Positions 12,636 through 25,097 of a stretch of DNA of 64,000 nucleotides are shown piece by piece. Source of the stretch: Psammoneis japonica (taxonomy: Eukaryota); the NCBI GenBank assembly GCA_008632985.1, contig QPGO01000041.1, positions 248,001 through 312,000 on the forward strand, written 5' to 3'. The translations under genes were made by a program, and so were the position numbers. Each line of letters opens with the position of its first letter. The stretch's first letter is position 1. The notes below the pieces were generated by a model that searched no databases, had not been told where the DNA came from, and worked only from the letters and a program-made list of their open reading frames with translations.

Positions 12636-14499
12636 ATGAAGCGCATACTCACGACTACTACTAGCATTCTCGGTGCAGCAATGATGGCATTCATGACAAG
12701 AGGAGGCGTTAGAGCCATGTCGGCACAGCCGGCTCAAGCAGCAGTAGCAGCAAACGTTCTTTCTGATCTTCTTCGAGACGCATCCTTGATCGATAACTCT
12801 GCAGGGACGGATGATTCCTTTGAGGTTTGCAATCCAGCTGATCCAAACATGGTGTTGGCTCATGTTGCCAATATGGATCAAGATGATGCTCGACGAGTAC
12901 GTACAACAAATGATGGAATGATAAAGCAACACAACGCCGCGCACCTCACACATTCTTTGTTTCTGTTCTAGGCGATTGATTTGTCAGCCGCGGCACTTCC
13001 GTCCTGGAGAGATGAGACGACTGGAAAGTATCGGTCGGGACTTCTTTCAAAATGGAGTGAACTTATCAAGGAAAATGCAGACGATATAGGTACAGACATG
13101 ACAACGACGTATGTTGTGTGTGGTGTGCGTCTTCTAGGATAGCATCTTCTTACTCAATTCTTCTCTAATACGCCATCCTCCAGCGACAATCATGACTCTT
13201 GAATCGGGAAAACCACTCAAGGAATCCACGGGCGAAGTTGCATATGGTACATCTTTTTTGGATTATTACGCTGCAGAAGCGGTGCGCCCGACCAGCGCCG
13301 GAGGTGGATTCATGGTCCCGACTCCTTTTGCAGATCCGACCAATAACTCACCGCGTGGAAAGATTTTTGCGTTTCAAGAGGCTGTTGGTGTCACGGCCCT
13401 GATTACTCCTTGGAATTTTCCAATAGCCATGATTACACGCAAAGTTGGACCAGCCCTGGCGGCAGGGTGTACGGCTGTAGTCAAGCCAAGTGAACTGACG
13501 CCTCTTACGGCGATTGCTCTCAAGAATTTGGCAGATCGTGCGGGCATTCCCGACCATGTGTTTCAAATTGTAACTCCCGACAGTACCAACACTCCGGGAG
13601 TTGGAAATGAATTTTGTCTCAATCCAATCATTAAAAAGCTCAGCTTTACGGGATCCACCCCGGTGGGTAAGCTGCTCATGAAGCAGAGCAGCGATTCGGT
13701 CAAACGCTTATCGTTGGAACTCGGTGGCAATGCGCCCTTTGTCGTGTTTGAGGATTCCAACATGGACCAGGCGGTGGCTTCTGCAGTGGCATCCAAGTTT
13801 CGAAATGCTGGACAAACATGTGTTTGTGCCGATCGATTCTTGGTGCACTCGTCGGTGCATGATGAGTTTGTCGAAAAAATGAAAAAAAAGGCTCAAGGCC
13901 TATTGGTCGGGCCAGGAATGGAGGAGACAACAACTATGGGACCGCTCATAGCAAAAAAGGGTGTTGATGATGTACACGAAAAGGTTCAAGAGGCTGTGGA
14001 GCAGGATGGAGCAACGGTTGTCTTGGGAGGAACCTCTGCCACGACCGAAGCACTGGGACCACATTTTTATGAACCAACAATCTTGACCAATGTATCACCC
14101 GAATCGCGTATTTGGAAAACGGAAACCTTTGGTCCTGTAGCCGCTATATGTTCGTTTGACACGGAAGAAGAAGCATTGGCGATTGCAAACAATGTTGATG
14201 TTGGATTGGCTTCCTACTTTTGCACTCAAGACATGTCGCGAGCTTTCCGATTCGCATCCAAGTAAGTTGTTCACTCAGTGTATCGTTTTCTCTGGCGAAC
14301 ATGAAAGGTGCACCTAACCTTGCTTCCTCAACTTTACCATGTTAGGCTCGAGTGTGGCATGGTGGGTGTGAATGAAGGTATCATCAGCACGTGCGAAGCA
14401 CCCTTTGGTGGAGTCAAGGAAAGCGGTCTGGGTCGCGAAGGAAGTCCACTAGGTATTGCCGAATACTTGGAAACCAAATACATGTTTCTCAATGTATGA
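12636..14499 (+). CDS. ALDH5: Succinate-semialdehyde dehydrogenase (ALDH5/GabD); introns 12897-12971, 13090-13183, 14262-14345
   Basis: [58 protein letters not shown]; three GT-AG introns restore the frame. Confidence 0.92.
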
Positions 14500-14637
14500 T
14501 CAGAGTGAATATTACACTCACGCACAGCAAACGCATATATAGTACTTCGTAGTAACAACGCCAGCAGCGCAAGAATAGATAACAGTTTGTGAGTATAATC
14601 CCAGGTAGACTAGCTCCTGAAGCATCACGATCGTTTA

Positions 14638-15582
14638 TTACAACATGTCATATGAGTCAAATTCCTTGCGTTTCCACACGAACGGTTCATCCATGCGCTC
14701 CTCATAACGACTGATTCGCAGCGTTTCGTCACAGAAGGTGGTCCTCATGATCACTTCGGATGATCCCGCCATGGCTTGTTCCAACGCTTGTCCACTGGGA
14801 AAAGGGGGAGCATTCTCATTAATGAAATCTCCAAGAGGTCCAAACAATGTTTTGATCGCCGTTGAATCTTCTGGTTTGGTTGTTTCAATCTTCAATACCA
14901 AACCGTCGTATCCCATGGCTCCGGTGATACTACCACGAGTCGTCATTTCGGAGGTGGCCATTCCCCCTAGAGTCGCCACTTTGACTCTGGAAACAAAGCT
15001 CCCCGTGTTTGTGTCGTCATTGAAATCAATCTCTTGAAAGGCAGGCCCCACTTCCTTGATGGGCGCTGGAATGGCATCGGTGATTTGAAAGATTTGATCG
15101 GCAGAATCCGGAAACGCTTGTCGGAATGCCCAAAAGAAGGGACTAGCTCGAGTATCGTCTTCAGGAGAATACAAGAGTTCCCTGTGTCACGTAATAAGAA
15201 AATCATCAGTCATAGTCGAGATGGCAGCAAGAACATATGCGATAACCGTCACCACCTACCATTCTCCAGATATGAGTCCGGAACTCGACGACGCCTGACC
15301 AATACCCAGCTGCTCACCACCGTCTTCTATTTGATTTACCAGATCCTTGACTTCATCCAAAGATGGCTTCGTCGTGCTGCTTCGGGTACAACACCGTACC
15401 AGATCGGCCTTGACGTAATCCAAGTCCGAAACAGTCGTAGGAGTTGAGGTGCTGTCATCAACATCAGATACAGACGACTTGAGAAGCAGCTGTTTCGGCG
15501 ATGAGGGAGTAACAGGTACAAAGGACCATGCAGGAATCACTGCGATGGCAAAGAGCAATCCAGCAAACCGAGGGGTCGTCAT
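14638..15582 (-). CDS. Plastid PAP-fibrillin family protein; intron 15182-15259
   Basis: Signal peptide with AWS-FVP cleavage motif; LISGEW|ELLYS..TRASPFFWAF; TTFCDETLRISR. Confidence 0.8.
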
Positions 15583-15958
15583 GGTGGAGATTCTTCACAG
15601 AGCATTAATAATAACCACAATGCAACAACGAACATCAGCAACAGGCCAAACGACGCGAAGGCTGTCGGATCCTAGTACTGAAAAGGCGTAGAAACGTACG
15701 TGAGAGTCGGATTTTTCTCGGTTGAAAACAAAAGATCGCGCTTGTTCTGTCTGTTTGCCGAATTCTGGATTCAGCGGAATCGAGTGAGTCATTCGACTAC
15801 CCCCACCACCGCCTCAAGAGGTAATTTTTCTCACTACTTCCAATCAATTGTCCATGCCTTTTAGCTAGCGACTCTACAGTTCCGGTGCCGTGTTAGAGAA
15901 AGAGAGTCCGAGTTGGAGTGATTCAGTCAACTGTTGTAGCTGCTGCAGACTATAATTT

Positions 15959-17107
15959 TCATTCGTTCCGTGGTTGTAAAAGGATCTGATCATTCTTCTC
16001 GCGAATGCACTCAAAAAAATGCGACACCCAGCCTGTCCTTCCAAGTTTTTCAAGAATCAGAGGCCACAACGCCACGCATTTATCGACAAGGAAAGCTTCC
16101 ATCCCAATTTCATGACGCTGGTGATCATACAAACGTCTTGCATTATCCAAACATTCCACAGACCCCAAGTCGTCATTCACCGCACCTCTTCCTCCAAACA
16201 CAAATAAATCTCCACCGAGGACAAGAGCGGATGCAGAATAACGCGCAAACTCAAGCGAGGCAGGAAATTGTCTCCATGTTTGAGAAGAAATATTCCACGA
16301 AATTGTAGTATTCAAGGTTTCAGTCCTCCCTCTCGACTGTGTTCGGCCACCAACAAGCACCAGACGATCTCCAATTGCCACTGCAGCAGTATATGCTAGG
16401 TTGTTGCTCATTTTAACATTTGATCTTTCCCACTGAGGATCTTCTTCAGTCACACGTAGCATTTCCATTGAGTTTAAAAATTGAGCACGTCTGTTTTCGT
16501 TATCATTGTTGTAACCTCCCGCAACCACAATAGTGTTGTTTCCCACGAGAGCCGCAGCGTGCTCTGCACGGCCTATCGTCATGGATGGACCTTCTCTCAG
16601 GCTGTTATTTCTTGTGTCAAGAATTTCAACCATGCTATCCGTCACACGTTGCCCCTGCACAATAGCCCCGGCCCCACCTATAATGTAAATTCTCTCACCC
16701 ACAAGAACCGAAACGCATCTACTTCGTGCGACTGCCATTCTGATTGGAAGCCGCTGCCATTCTACAGGATTATTCATATCCAAAGTCTCAATAGTGTCAA
16801 CAGTGCTTAAGCTTTTTCCAAAACCTCCCATGACGTAAAGAACGTTGTCCCGTGTCATTGCGGCAGCATGGCTGCATCTCTTCTCAGTCATGGGTGGAAG
16901 ATTATGAATCTCCATGGTCCGAACGTTGAAAATGAAAACACGATTCGTCACAGTTCTCGTAGTGCCGTTAAAGCCGCCGATGATAATCGCTCTATCGCCC
17001 ATTGCAACTGCAGCAAAACTAGAAAGAGAATACGGCAAAAATTGCGGCAGCTCACGCCATTGGCTCTGCGCCAACAGTCCACCGAAAGTATTGAAATTTT
17101 CCTCCAT
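15959..17107 (-). CDS. Kelch-repeat beta-propeller protein
   Basis: Six repeats with a GG dipeptide and spaced W/R (IIGG, YVMGG, YIIGG, VAGG, LVGG, FVFGG). Confidence 0.9.
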   Translation of the reverse strand: MEENFNTFGGLLAQSQWRELPQFLPYSLSSFAAVAMGDRAIIIGGFNGTTRTVTNRVFIFNVRTMEIHNLPPMTEKRCSHAAAMTRDNVLYVMGGFGKSLSTVDTIETLDMNNPVEWQRLPIRMAVARSRCVSVLVGERIYIIGGAGAIVQGQRVTDSMVEILDTRNNSLREGPSMTIGRAEHAAALVGNNTIVVAGGYNNDNENRRAQFLNSMEMLRVTEEDPQWERSNVKMSNNLAYTAAVAIGDRLVLVGGRTQSRGRTETLNTTISWNISSQTWRQFPASLEFARYSASALVLGGDLFVFGGRGAVNDDLGSVECLDNARRLYDHQRHEIGMEAFLVDKCVALWPLILEKLGRTGWVSHFFECIREKNDQILLQPRNE

Positions 17108-17199
17108 TTCAAAACGAAGTATACCTATGAATTATTGTGGCTCTGCGGGGGGACAAAGAGAAGAAGCAAAACAAGCAAACGGCCTGTCGTCCTTGTCCG

Positions 17200-19240
17200 A
17201 AGGTGTTTTGTTCATGCTGCGCCCGCTCATGGCTTGATGTTTACGGTACATGCAAGCCGCACAATGCACAGACAGTGCTAGCTCGGTGTGTGCCAGCCGC
17301 CGCGGCCGGCGCATCTTGCTTGCTCAGCCTTCAGTTTGAACTTCAGCGTTCACACAACCCTCTTGAGAACACTCCACAAGGCCTCACACCCTCCCTCGAC
17401 CTCAGACAATGGGCTTGCCTGCTTTGAGAACTGTGGTGCACAGTGCTGGTAGGTGTGCATGCACAAATGACGCGCATGCAAAGACATGCTGGCTGGCTGC
17501 TGGCTGGCTGGAAGAATCGCCACTGGAGTTTCGGGCTTCATTCAAACAGTGCCACCGGTGCACCGTGTGCCATCCAACAATGGGGATTGAGCATGGGGTC
17601 CAAGGCCCTTGGTGCCATTGAACACCTTGGTTTCTCTGAGTTTTGTGTCATGCTGCCAGACAGGGTGAAAAAAAGTGGTGGGAGAAGAAAAGGGCACCCG
17701 ATGGTTGCTGCGAGCATGCTGTGGTTGATGTTTGTTCTCAGGGGCAATTAAGGTGTCATTGACACTGAGGACCAGGTTCTTGCTTTTCTGGAAAAGTTTT
17801 TTTGGAAGCAATTCACTCAGCAGCGATGCACGATCCACACGAGCAACGAGCAACATTGCTCCAAAAAGGCGCGCTGCCATTGACAGGCAAGCAAAACGCA
17901 ATGGAAGTGCATCACTCAGGTGATGAACTTCAAGACAGAAATTGCAAAGACATGTTGTGCTCTGCATTTTGAAATGTGCAATGCCTTGGATGTGAAAAAC
18001 AATCTCACAACAACAAGGGACACTTCAGACAGCAAGCAGACCCTTCAACCACCACAACAGAGAGCAAATCTCCACGGGTGGAGATTTGCTCTAATGAGAT
18101 GATGAGCACAACACAAAAATGTCACATGGCACACAATCTGTGCAGAATGTGCCATGCGCATTTGCTTGTTGCAAGTTGCTCCAAGGGTGTGGCTTTTGCT
18201 GCTCTGTTGTGACAGCAACTCACAATGAACGAACCTCATTGTTGAAGGTTGAGATTTGGTTCCTCTCTGTGCATGGATGAAGCACGCAAAAAACCTGGTG
18301 TTAAAAGTTAACATTGAACTTTCTAAATTGCAAAAATGGTTCCCCAGAGCTTTTGGCAAATGCGTGCTCCAAAACAAAATTGTGCGATTTCTTTGACACT
18401 CACATCTGAGAACATTTTGTTCAACATGTTTTCTGATCAAGGCATTGACCAAAAGCAAGACCTTGCTGCTCTTTCAGACTTGTGGGCAGCCTGGGAATTT
18501 CAGTGCAATTTTGTGTTTGAGCCTGTGTTGCAGACAGAACATTTGCCACAGCAGCACTCACTTCTGGTGCCTCACACAATCTGGCTGGAGTGGGATGACA
18601 CACCACCGCTGTTTGACTGTTTCACCCTGTCGACAGAGTGCAGTGCATGTGCGATGTTTGTGCCATCATCTGTCCCTTGATCAATGGGTGCACCACAATT
18701 TTCTAAAGTGAGAGTCCATGACCTGCATGACCCCTGTGCTGTGCTGGTGGCATGCCCACAGCAGCACTTGGAACCCCACCTGCACAAGCAGCCATGCACC
18801 CCCAGGCAACAACCAAGTGCAAGTTTTTCCTTGTGGTCATGGGGTGGATGGCCCAAGAAGCAGTCAAAACACATTCTCTCACCCTCTGTCAATGTCAGAG
18901 TGTGAATGAGAAGAGAGAAAGCTGTGGCAAGCAGTGCTTGTTGGCTCTCTCTTTTTTTCAATGGCCAATTTGTTGCTTGATGGTCACAGCTGTGAGTGAC
19001 TTCAAACCACTGCACCAACCTTGACACAGCTCCAATGTTGACAAAGAGTGTGCAGGCTTGTGCTCACACAGTTTTGAGTGTTTGCAACCCATCTTTGGCT
19101 TGCAACTGGACCCACATTGTGGCACCAACACTTGTTTCTGTTTTGGTGGGTGCCCGCATGTTCATGTGATGCGTCTCTCCCGATGTGTCTCTCCCCATGA
19201 CGGGGATGCGGTTGAGCCAGGTTGAGCACAACAGCAGACG
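17200..19240. other. Hypermutated block 2
   Basis: Same TA/CG depletion; remaining TA sites are mostly TTAA/CTAA. Confidence 0.8.
18061..18092. repeat. Perfect 15-bp palindrome with 2-nt spacer
   Basis: AGAGCAAATCTCCAC-GG-GTGGAGATTTGCTCT. Confidence 0.9.
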
Positions 19241-19466
19241 AAAAAAATCTTTTGTGTATTATGCTATCTCTCTTGGGAGTTCTTACTTCTAATTACTGTG
19301 TACAGGTCATTCTTTCATGCTTCTTACTGCATTGGCGTTGCTCATTGCTCTGCAGGTAGCCACGACAAGAGGTTGATGGCAAGCTGTGGCTTCAAATTGC
19401 TTTGGTTGTGGCCTACTTTCAGCTTTGTCTTGTCTTTTCTCTTCACTTAAGTCAATATTTTCGTCT

Positions 19467-20705
19467 CTACTTCGCACTCACCCAAACACTTCTGCGTCTA
19501 CCACTTTCCAACACTACACGTCTCTGTGCCAAAACATCTAATCCAATCAAGGCTGCTGGGCCTGTGTATGGAGTCTTGCCATCTGGAGACAGCATTTCCG
19601 AAAAGGCAGGAATATCACCAATGGCAATCTGCGTCGGTGCCCATGGTTTCCATTCCGACGGGGGCTGTTCAAACACAATGCCGGCACTAGACGAGGACTT
19701 GGTCTTGTCTGCAGCGCCAACAAAACTGAATTGAAGCTTGTGGGTTGGCATTTGCTGTGGCCGACCATCCACACCCAGAGCCATTACTTGAGGTGTGCCT
19801 CGATATGAGGCATCCTGTTTGGGTGGCAAACCCAAGTAGCCGGCTGCAGCCCAATTCACGGCAGAAAAGGTAGATCCACAATCTAAGAAACCCAGAATGG
19901 GTTGTGGTGTCGACTGCTGTGTCGACAAGACTCGGATTCCAATGAGACCCGTTTCATTTATAACGGCGGCAGGAATTTGCACTAGCCCCTTAATTCGGGA
20001 TGGATCTTGATCAAAGGTCCCCGCTTTCCAGAGGCGCAAGCGATTCTTTGGAAAATCAAAATCAACATCAAACTGCTCGAGCATTTCCATACCAAGCATT
20101 CCCTCGACTGGATCATGCTGAGGATCGATATGCTCCTGAGGAAAGTCGGTAACAATGGCATGGAGCAAGGGCAAGGCAAGTTCGTCTTTGGTACTGTCTT
20201 GAAACGTGCCGCAACAGATCGAGGCATCACTGAGCTCGACAAGATCTCCACCTCCCGTCGAACCACCGGCCGCAATCCCTTTCAAGGATGACTTGTAACC
20301 TCCAATACCAAGTGTCTGCTGCAAATGGGGAGTCACAAGCTCGGTCGTTAAACCAGTATCCACCATGAAATCAAACGGCCCTTTGATTTTCATCTTGATC
20401 GCCACATACTCTCGGCCCAAACCCTGAGGAGGAAGGCGCAGCCGAACCATTGGTAAATCCGCCAAGAGATCCGAGCTACTAGCAGTTGTTGCTGCTGATG
20501 CCGATTTTTGAGAAAAGAAGAAGGGCAGCGCCGCACCGTGAGCCATGACATCGCGACGGTTCTTGTTGTCGTGGCAAACAATCACGGAGCTTCGTTTTGA
20601 TGATTCATGGTGAAGAACTCTGCTTGGAGCAAACGCGTCTGTTGTGCTTCTTCCAATGAAAGCGAGTGTCGTCACTGCCGCAACAGCTGCTACTGCTATC
20701 TTCAT
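19467..20705 (-). CDS. Plastid-targeted aspartyl protease with two retropepsin-like domains
   Basis: Signal peptide with DAF-AP; FMVDTG...GMLG and FLDCGSTFS...LIGLD motifs. Confidence 0.8.
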   Translation of the reverse strand: MKIAVAAVAAVTTLAFIGRSTTDAFAPSRVLHHESSKRSSVIVCHDNKNRRDVMAHGAALPFFFSQKSASAATTASSSDLLADLPMVRLRLPPQGLGREYVAIKMKIKGPFDFMVDTGLTTELVTPHLQQTLGIGGYKSSLKGIAAGGSTGGGDLVELSDASICCGTFQDSTKDELALPLLHAIVTDFPQEHIDPQHDPVEGMLGMEMLEQFDVDFDFPKNRLRLWKAGTFDQDPSRIKGLVQIPAAVINETGLIGIRVLSTQQSTPQPILGFLDCGSTFSAVNWAAAGYLGLPPKQDASYRGTPQVMALGVDGRPQQMPTHKLQFSFVGAADKTKSSSSAGIVFEQPPSEWKPWAPTQIAIGDIPAFSEMLSPDGKTPYTGPAALIGLDVLAQRRVVLESGRRRSVWVSAK

Positions 20706-20991
20706 GGTAATATTTTGTCTTTGTGTGCTCTCCTTTGACTTGTGTCAGACGATGACACCCCGGGGGTGGGCTTCGCATCGATTGTAGTCGAACGATTCAA
20801 TTACCGATTGAATCCGCGATCAGCATTATATCCACGACTCAAAGATCTTTGAGCGTCACGACGCACTCACCCATCACATCACTTGAACTCCGCTTGTCTG
20901 ATGTCTGATGATGCGCTCGTCACAATGCGAACAGTTCCTCTTTTCACTTTTCAATACCAACAATCGGTGTCACGTTTGAATTACATACACC

Positions 20992-23112
20992 ATGATGAAT
21001 CCTGATTTGGAAAAGGAGCGTACCCAAGCAACGTTTGATCTGGAGCGTGTTACAAACTTGTTGGACGGAGGCAAGAACCGAACCGACCGTCGTCGTGAGC
21101 TGGAATTAATTATTGCTCGCGATCCAACCGGGGTCTTTGACAATACCGACAACTCGTACTTGCATCGAACCGATCGATACGTCAGGTCGCTCGCCAAACA
21201 AGTGCGTTTCGTTGAGCTTTGTCGCGTGCTCAAAATCGGCAACGAATGTGATGGCCACATCATTCTGAGCAAGGACTTTTTACCCTTTTTCAACGCAATC
21301 GCAGACGATTCTCCTCTTGCTCTACACTGGTTCATGTTTGTGCCCAATATTATCAGTTTATGCGATGACGAGCAAAAGGCGGAATGGCTCCCGCTCTGTC
21401 GCGATTGGCGCATGATTGGGTGCTATGCTCAGACCGAACTCGGACACGGGAGCAACGTTCGAGCACTCGAAACCACAGCCACATTTCTACCAGAACACAA
21501 GGGAGGACAACCGGGTGGTAGCTTTGTTATAAACTCACCGACTTTGACAAGCCATAAATTCTGGCCGGGGACGCTCGGACGCACCGCCAACCACGCCATG
21601 GTGATTGCTCGGCTCATTGATGGCGACGGTGTCGATCGAGGCATTCACAACTTTTTGGTACCCTTACGATCTATGAAGGACCATAAACTCCTCAAGGGCG
21701 TCACAACCGGAGACATTGGACCAAAGATTGGATTCAATGTCATGGACAATGGCTTTGCACGCTTTGATCATGTGGTCATTCCTCGTCGAAACATGGCCAT
21801 GCGCTTCTCACAAGTGGACGAGAATGGGACGTACACAAAAAAGGCCCTGTCGGACGCCACCTCTAAGATTGCCTACATTACAATGATGCAAGTACGTGCT
21901 CTGATGATTAATGAGGCTGGCAACAAGTTAGCCATGGCGTGTGCCATTTCAGTTCGTTACTCGGCGGTACGGAGACAGGGATTTGATAAAGATGAAAAGA
22001 AGGAATTGCCGGTGCTGGATTACGTTCAACAGCAACATCGTCTGTTGCCCCTTGTAGCCGCATCCTACTGTTTTTCCTTTGCAGGAAAAAAGGCTCTTGC
22101 GCGACTGGCTGAACTCGAACGGCGCCTTGAAGCCAATGAGAATGTGTCCAAAACTGAAGTTTCCGACATTCATGCCTCTCTTTCCGCATTGAAATCGTTC
22201 GCTTCCACAGTAGCAGCCGACGGTATCGAAGATTGTCGTAAAGCATGCGGTGGACACGGCTATTTAATGTGTTCTGGGTTGCCCGAACTGCTCACGACCT
22301 ACCTGCAGCACCCCACAACCGAGGGAGACAACAATATGCTTCCTCAACAGGTTTTCAAGGTTCTTCTTAAATTGGTCCAGGCTGTCGAGAGCAACAAAGG
22401 CGTCGAGGCATATACTAATTGCGATTCTCGCCACTTGATTGAATCACTCAAGTCGATTCTTCATTCCGAATCTCCCAAGCTCTGCGAGGCGCGAAAAGAA
22501 GATGATTTGTGCGATTTTCCAGTCATCATCAAGGCTTTCGGTCACCGTGCAGCGCGGTTGCTAGTGGAAGCGGCACGGCAAATCCGAACCGCCGTTGCCA
22601 ACGGAAAGTCAATGCAGCAGGCGTGGAATGAGACCCTCGTTCTCATGTCTCGCTTTTCTCGTGCTTATTCCATTCTACTGGTTTCAATCCATTCCCTGTC
22701 TTTGATAAAGGACGAAGTACGCCAGGGAACGATTGGTCAGAATGAACAGAACGTTCTAGAGGATTTAGTTCGTCTCTTTAGCATGTATTGGATGGAACGA
22801 GAATTGGGTGACTTCATGGAGGATGGTTACCTGTCATCCGAGCAATCTCGTTGGGTGCATTCCAACGTTCTGAGCTTGTTGAAGAGGGTACGGCCCAACG
22901 CGGTGGCACTCGTGGACGCTCGCGACTTTTCCGACTTTTGCCTAAAGAGTGCCCTGGGGCGTAAGGATGGAAACGTTTATCCTGCAGTTATGGAAGCGGC
23001 GAGACGTGATCCTCTCAATCAATCCGAGCCTGGACCAGGCTATCAAGAGCACTTGAAGCGCCTCATTGTGGACGGTGTAGGTGTTTACACTGGCACGGCG
23101 TCAAGGCTCTAA
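20992..23112 (+). CDS. ACX: Peroxisomal acyl-CoA oxidase
   Basis: GCYAQTELGHGSNV, KFWPG, GDIGPKIG, RYSAVRRQ, CGGHGY, TEGDN; C-terminal PTS1 SRL. Confidence 0.95.
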   Translation: MMNPDLEKERTQATFDLERVTNLLDGGKNRTDRRRELELIIARDPTGVFDNTDNSYLHRTDRYVRSLAKQVRFVELCRVLKIGNECDGHIILSKDFLPFFNAIADDSPLALHWFMFVPNIISLCDDEQKAEWLPLCRDWRMIGCYAQTELGHGSNVRALETTATFLPEHKGGQPGGSFVINSPTLTSHKFWPGTLGRTANHAMVIARLIDGDGVDRGIHNFLVPLRSMKDHKLLKGVTTGDIGPKIGFNVMDNGFARFDHVVIPRRNMAMRFSQVDENGTYTKKALSDATSKIAYITMMQVRALMINEAGNKLAMACAISVRYSAVRRQGFDKDEKKELPVLDYVQQQHRLLPLVAASYCFSFAGKKALARLAELERRLEANENVSKTEVSDIHASLSALKSFASTVAADGIEDCRKACGGHGYLMCSGLPELLTTYLQHPTTEGDNNMLPQQVFKVLLKLVQAVESNKGVEAYTNCDSRHLIESLKSILHSESPKLCEARKEDDLCDFPVIIKAFGHRAARLLVEAARQIRTAVANGKSMQQAWNETLVLMSRFSRAYSILLVSIHSLSLIKDEVRQGTIGQNEQNVLEDLVRLFSMYWMERELGDFMEDGYLSSEQSRWVHSNVLSLLKRVRPNAVALVDARDFSDFCLKSALGRKDGNVYPAVMEAARRDPLNQSEPGPGYQEHLKRLIVDGVGVYTGTASRL

Positions 23113-23372
23113 GTGGGCACGCTATTTGCTTGGATTGCAGTACCCTCTAGTAGTAGATAGTAGTGAGTAGAAGTAACTCTAGAGCAACATCACAGGCACA
23201 AACATCATACCATACTATTTATCAATTACCGGTAAACACCTTTCTTAGTAGAGTGGCGTTTTACGCAGACCAAGTCGACGCATACCAAAACAATGAATTA
23301 GCCCAGCAAATTCGATTGCTGTCCTCTCTCTAGTGAAGGACAAAACTGCTGTATGAACTTCCTCTTTAATAA

Positions 23373-25097
23373 CTATTTTCCGCACGCAGGAGCGCCAACG
23401 AAATCGCCATCAAGTTTGTTGAGGATAAGCTGAATGCCTGCCAAGTTCCTAGAGGTTGCCAACTTATAATTCTTCTTGCGCTGGAAACCTCTGGCTTGCT
23501 TTAATAACTTTTCTGGTTTCACAAGGTTCACGTCATCCTTGAGCTTGTCCTCATTTGCCACCGCGTCGATCAAATCCTCAAGTAAGTCAAGCGAGCATTT
23601 TCCCCCGACAGTAGCTGAGCATTCGGCATACGTTTGGGCAACTAGCCGTCCCCTCTCAATAGCTATTGCACGATATTGCTGAAACTTCTTGAGGGAAGAT
23701 CTCATCCGTTTGATGGGCACGATAACGTCTCCACTGTCTGTCACCTTTTTGAAGGCGACCTCTGCCGCCTGTTCAGATTTGGAAAGGATTGTTTTGGCAA
23801 AGCCTTTAGGCGCATATTCAAATTTCTCCGTGTATTTCTTGAGGCACCGTGAGTACTGACATATCAGGTCAGCAAACACGTCAGAGAATTGCGGCTCCTG
23901 GGTGGGGGATGGTGTCGTCGGAGCCATGGTTGGGCACACATGCGGCTCACTTTTTGTTGCAGACGGCTCCTTCTCCGGACAACTAATGACTTTCGCTGCC
24001 GGAGACTCGTAATCCATAGTCGTCCAGGACATGGGCGGGCCACGCTGGTCGCACAGCTCGCGTTCCGCCATGATGAGATTTTGCGTTCCGTCAGGGGTCC
24101 AAGCAAAGGTTTCCGTTTGGCCAGATATATGCCTCCAATCAAGGCATGCCTTGGCGTCACCTGTCAGGGCTTCGGCGACCCTGACACCGGGACATCGCGG
24201 AAATAAGAATGTTTTGCTACCGGTGCCGCCAAGAGCAATCAGAGTCCCGTCCAACGTCATGTCCGCCATGGTCCACGTGTTACCATATAAGTCACCACCA
24301 TTGGGGCAATCCCCCACAGCTGCAGGCGAATAAGGAACCTCTGACAAATCCCAGGCAGACGCAGGAATTTGAAACAATCTCGTTTTGTCTTGGGCACTGG
24401 AACCGCTCCATTTGGTGACTACGTATATATCCCCTTTATTCTCTCCTTCCCCCCATGCCTGGTGGTCTAAAAAGATGGCTTCGCTATCAGCAAATTCCGT
24501 AGGAGACGATGGGTGGCGGTAATCATATTCCAACACATATGTATCTTTAGCTTCAATCGCATCGTTATCGTCGAACTTGTGTAGAATGGGTTCTCTTATC
24601 TTGTAGATTCGATACGGGTTTCCCTCTCGTCCAGATTCCGTCCCTTCCCGAACTCTCGCAAGGTTGTCACCGATATCCCCAATGTAGATACATGACGCGG
24701 TTTCACCGTGAATACCGCATGATCCAATAGCCAGAGATTCCCAATCAAAGGCTGAAGGAAGGCTTGGAATACGCAGTGTCAATAAACGCTTTCCAGAACC
24801 TGAATCAAACACGCCCAACCTCTTCCCGCTTCCGCTATCATTGTTGGCATACATTACGGGTCTTCCTGAGGGTGCTGTTTGGGTGGACGACAAGGCGAGT
24901 CCAGAAACCTCCGAAAAATTCGGACCATTTTCGTCTCTTGACTCGAGTTCAGACGAAGAGTCCACTTGACCAATTATCGGACAAATCACATCGGCGAAAG
25001 ATTTGCGACAAAACAGCAGCATTGTGATTGTCAACAGTGTAAACCTTGCCGACGAGCGCCATGGTGATGATAAGGATGCTAAGGTGCGAATTGGCAT
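23373..25097 (-). CDS. Secreted protein with bacterial-type beta-propeller-like domain, Pro/Thr linker and helical C-terminus
   Basis: Signal peptide after MPIRTL; EVSGLA..NNDSG..DWESLA..IYIGDIGDN motifs; MAPTTPSPT linker. Start codon inferred. Confidence 0.7.
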   Translation of the reverse strand: MPIRTLASLSSPWRSSARFTLLTITMLLFCRKSFADVICPIIGQVDSSSELESRDENGPNFSEVSGLALSSTQTAPSGRPVMYANNDSGSGKRLGVFDSGSGKRLLTLRIPSLPSAFDWESLAIGSCGIHGETASCIYIGDIGDNLARVREGTESGREGNPYRIYKIREPILHKFDDNDAIEAKDTYVLEYDYRHPSSPTEFADSEAIFLDHQAWGEGENKGDIYVVTKWSGSSAQDKTRLFQIPASAWDLSEVPYSPAAVGDCPNGGDLYGNTWTMADMTLDGTLIALGGTGSKTFLFPRCPGVRVAEALTGDAKACLDWRHISGQTETFAWTPDGTQNLIMAERELCDQRGPPMSWTTMDYESPAAKVISCPEKEPSATKSEPHVCPTMAPTTPSPTQEPQFSDVFADLICQYSRCLKKYTEKFEYAPKGFAKTILSKSEQAAEVAFKKVTDSGDVIVPIKRMRSSLKKFQQYRAIAIERGRLVAQTYAECSATVGGKCSLDLLEDLIDAVANEDKLKDDVNLVKPEKLLKQARGFQRKKNYKLATSRNLAGIQLILNKLDGDFVGAPACGK

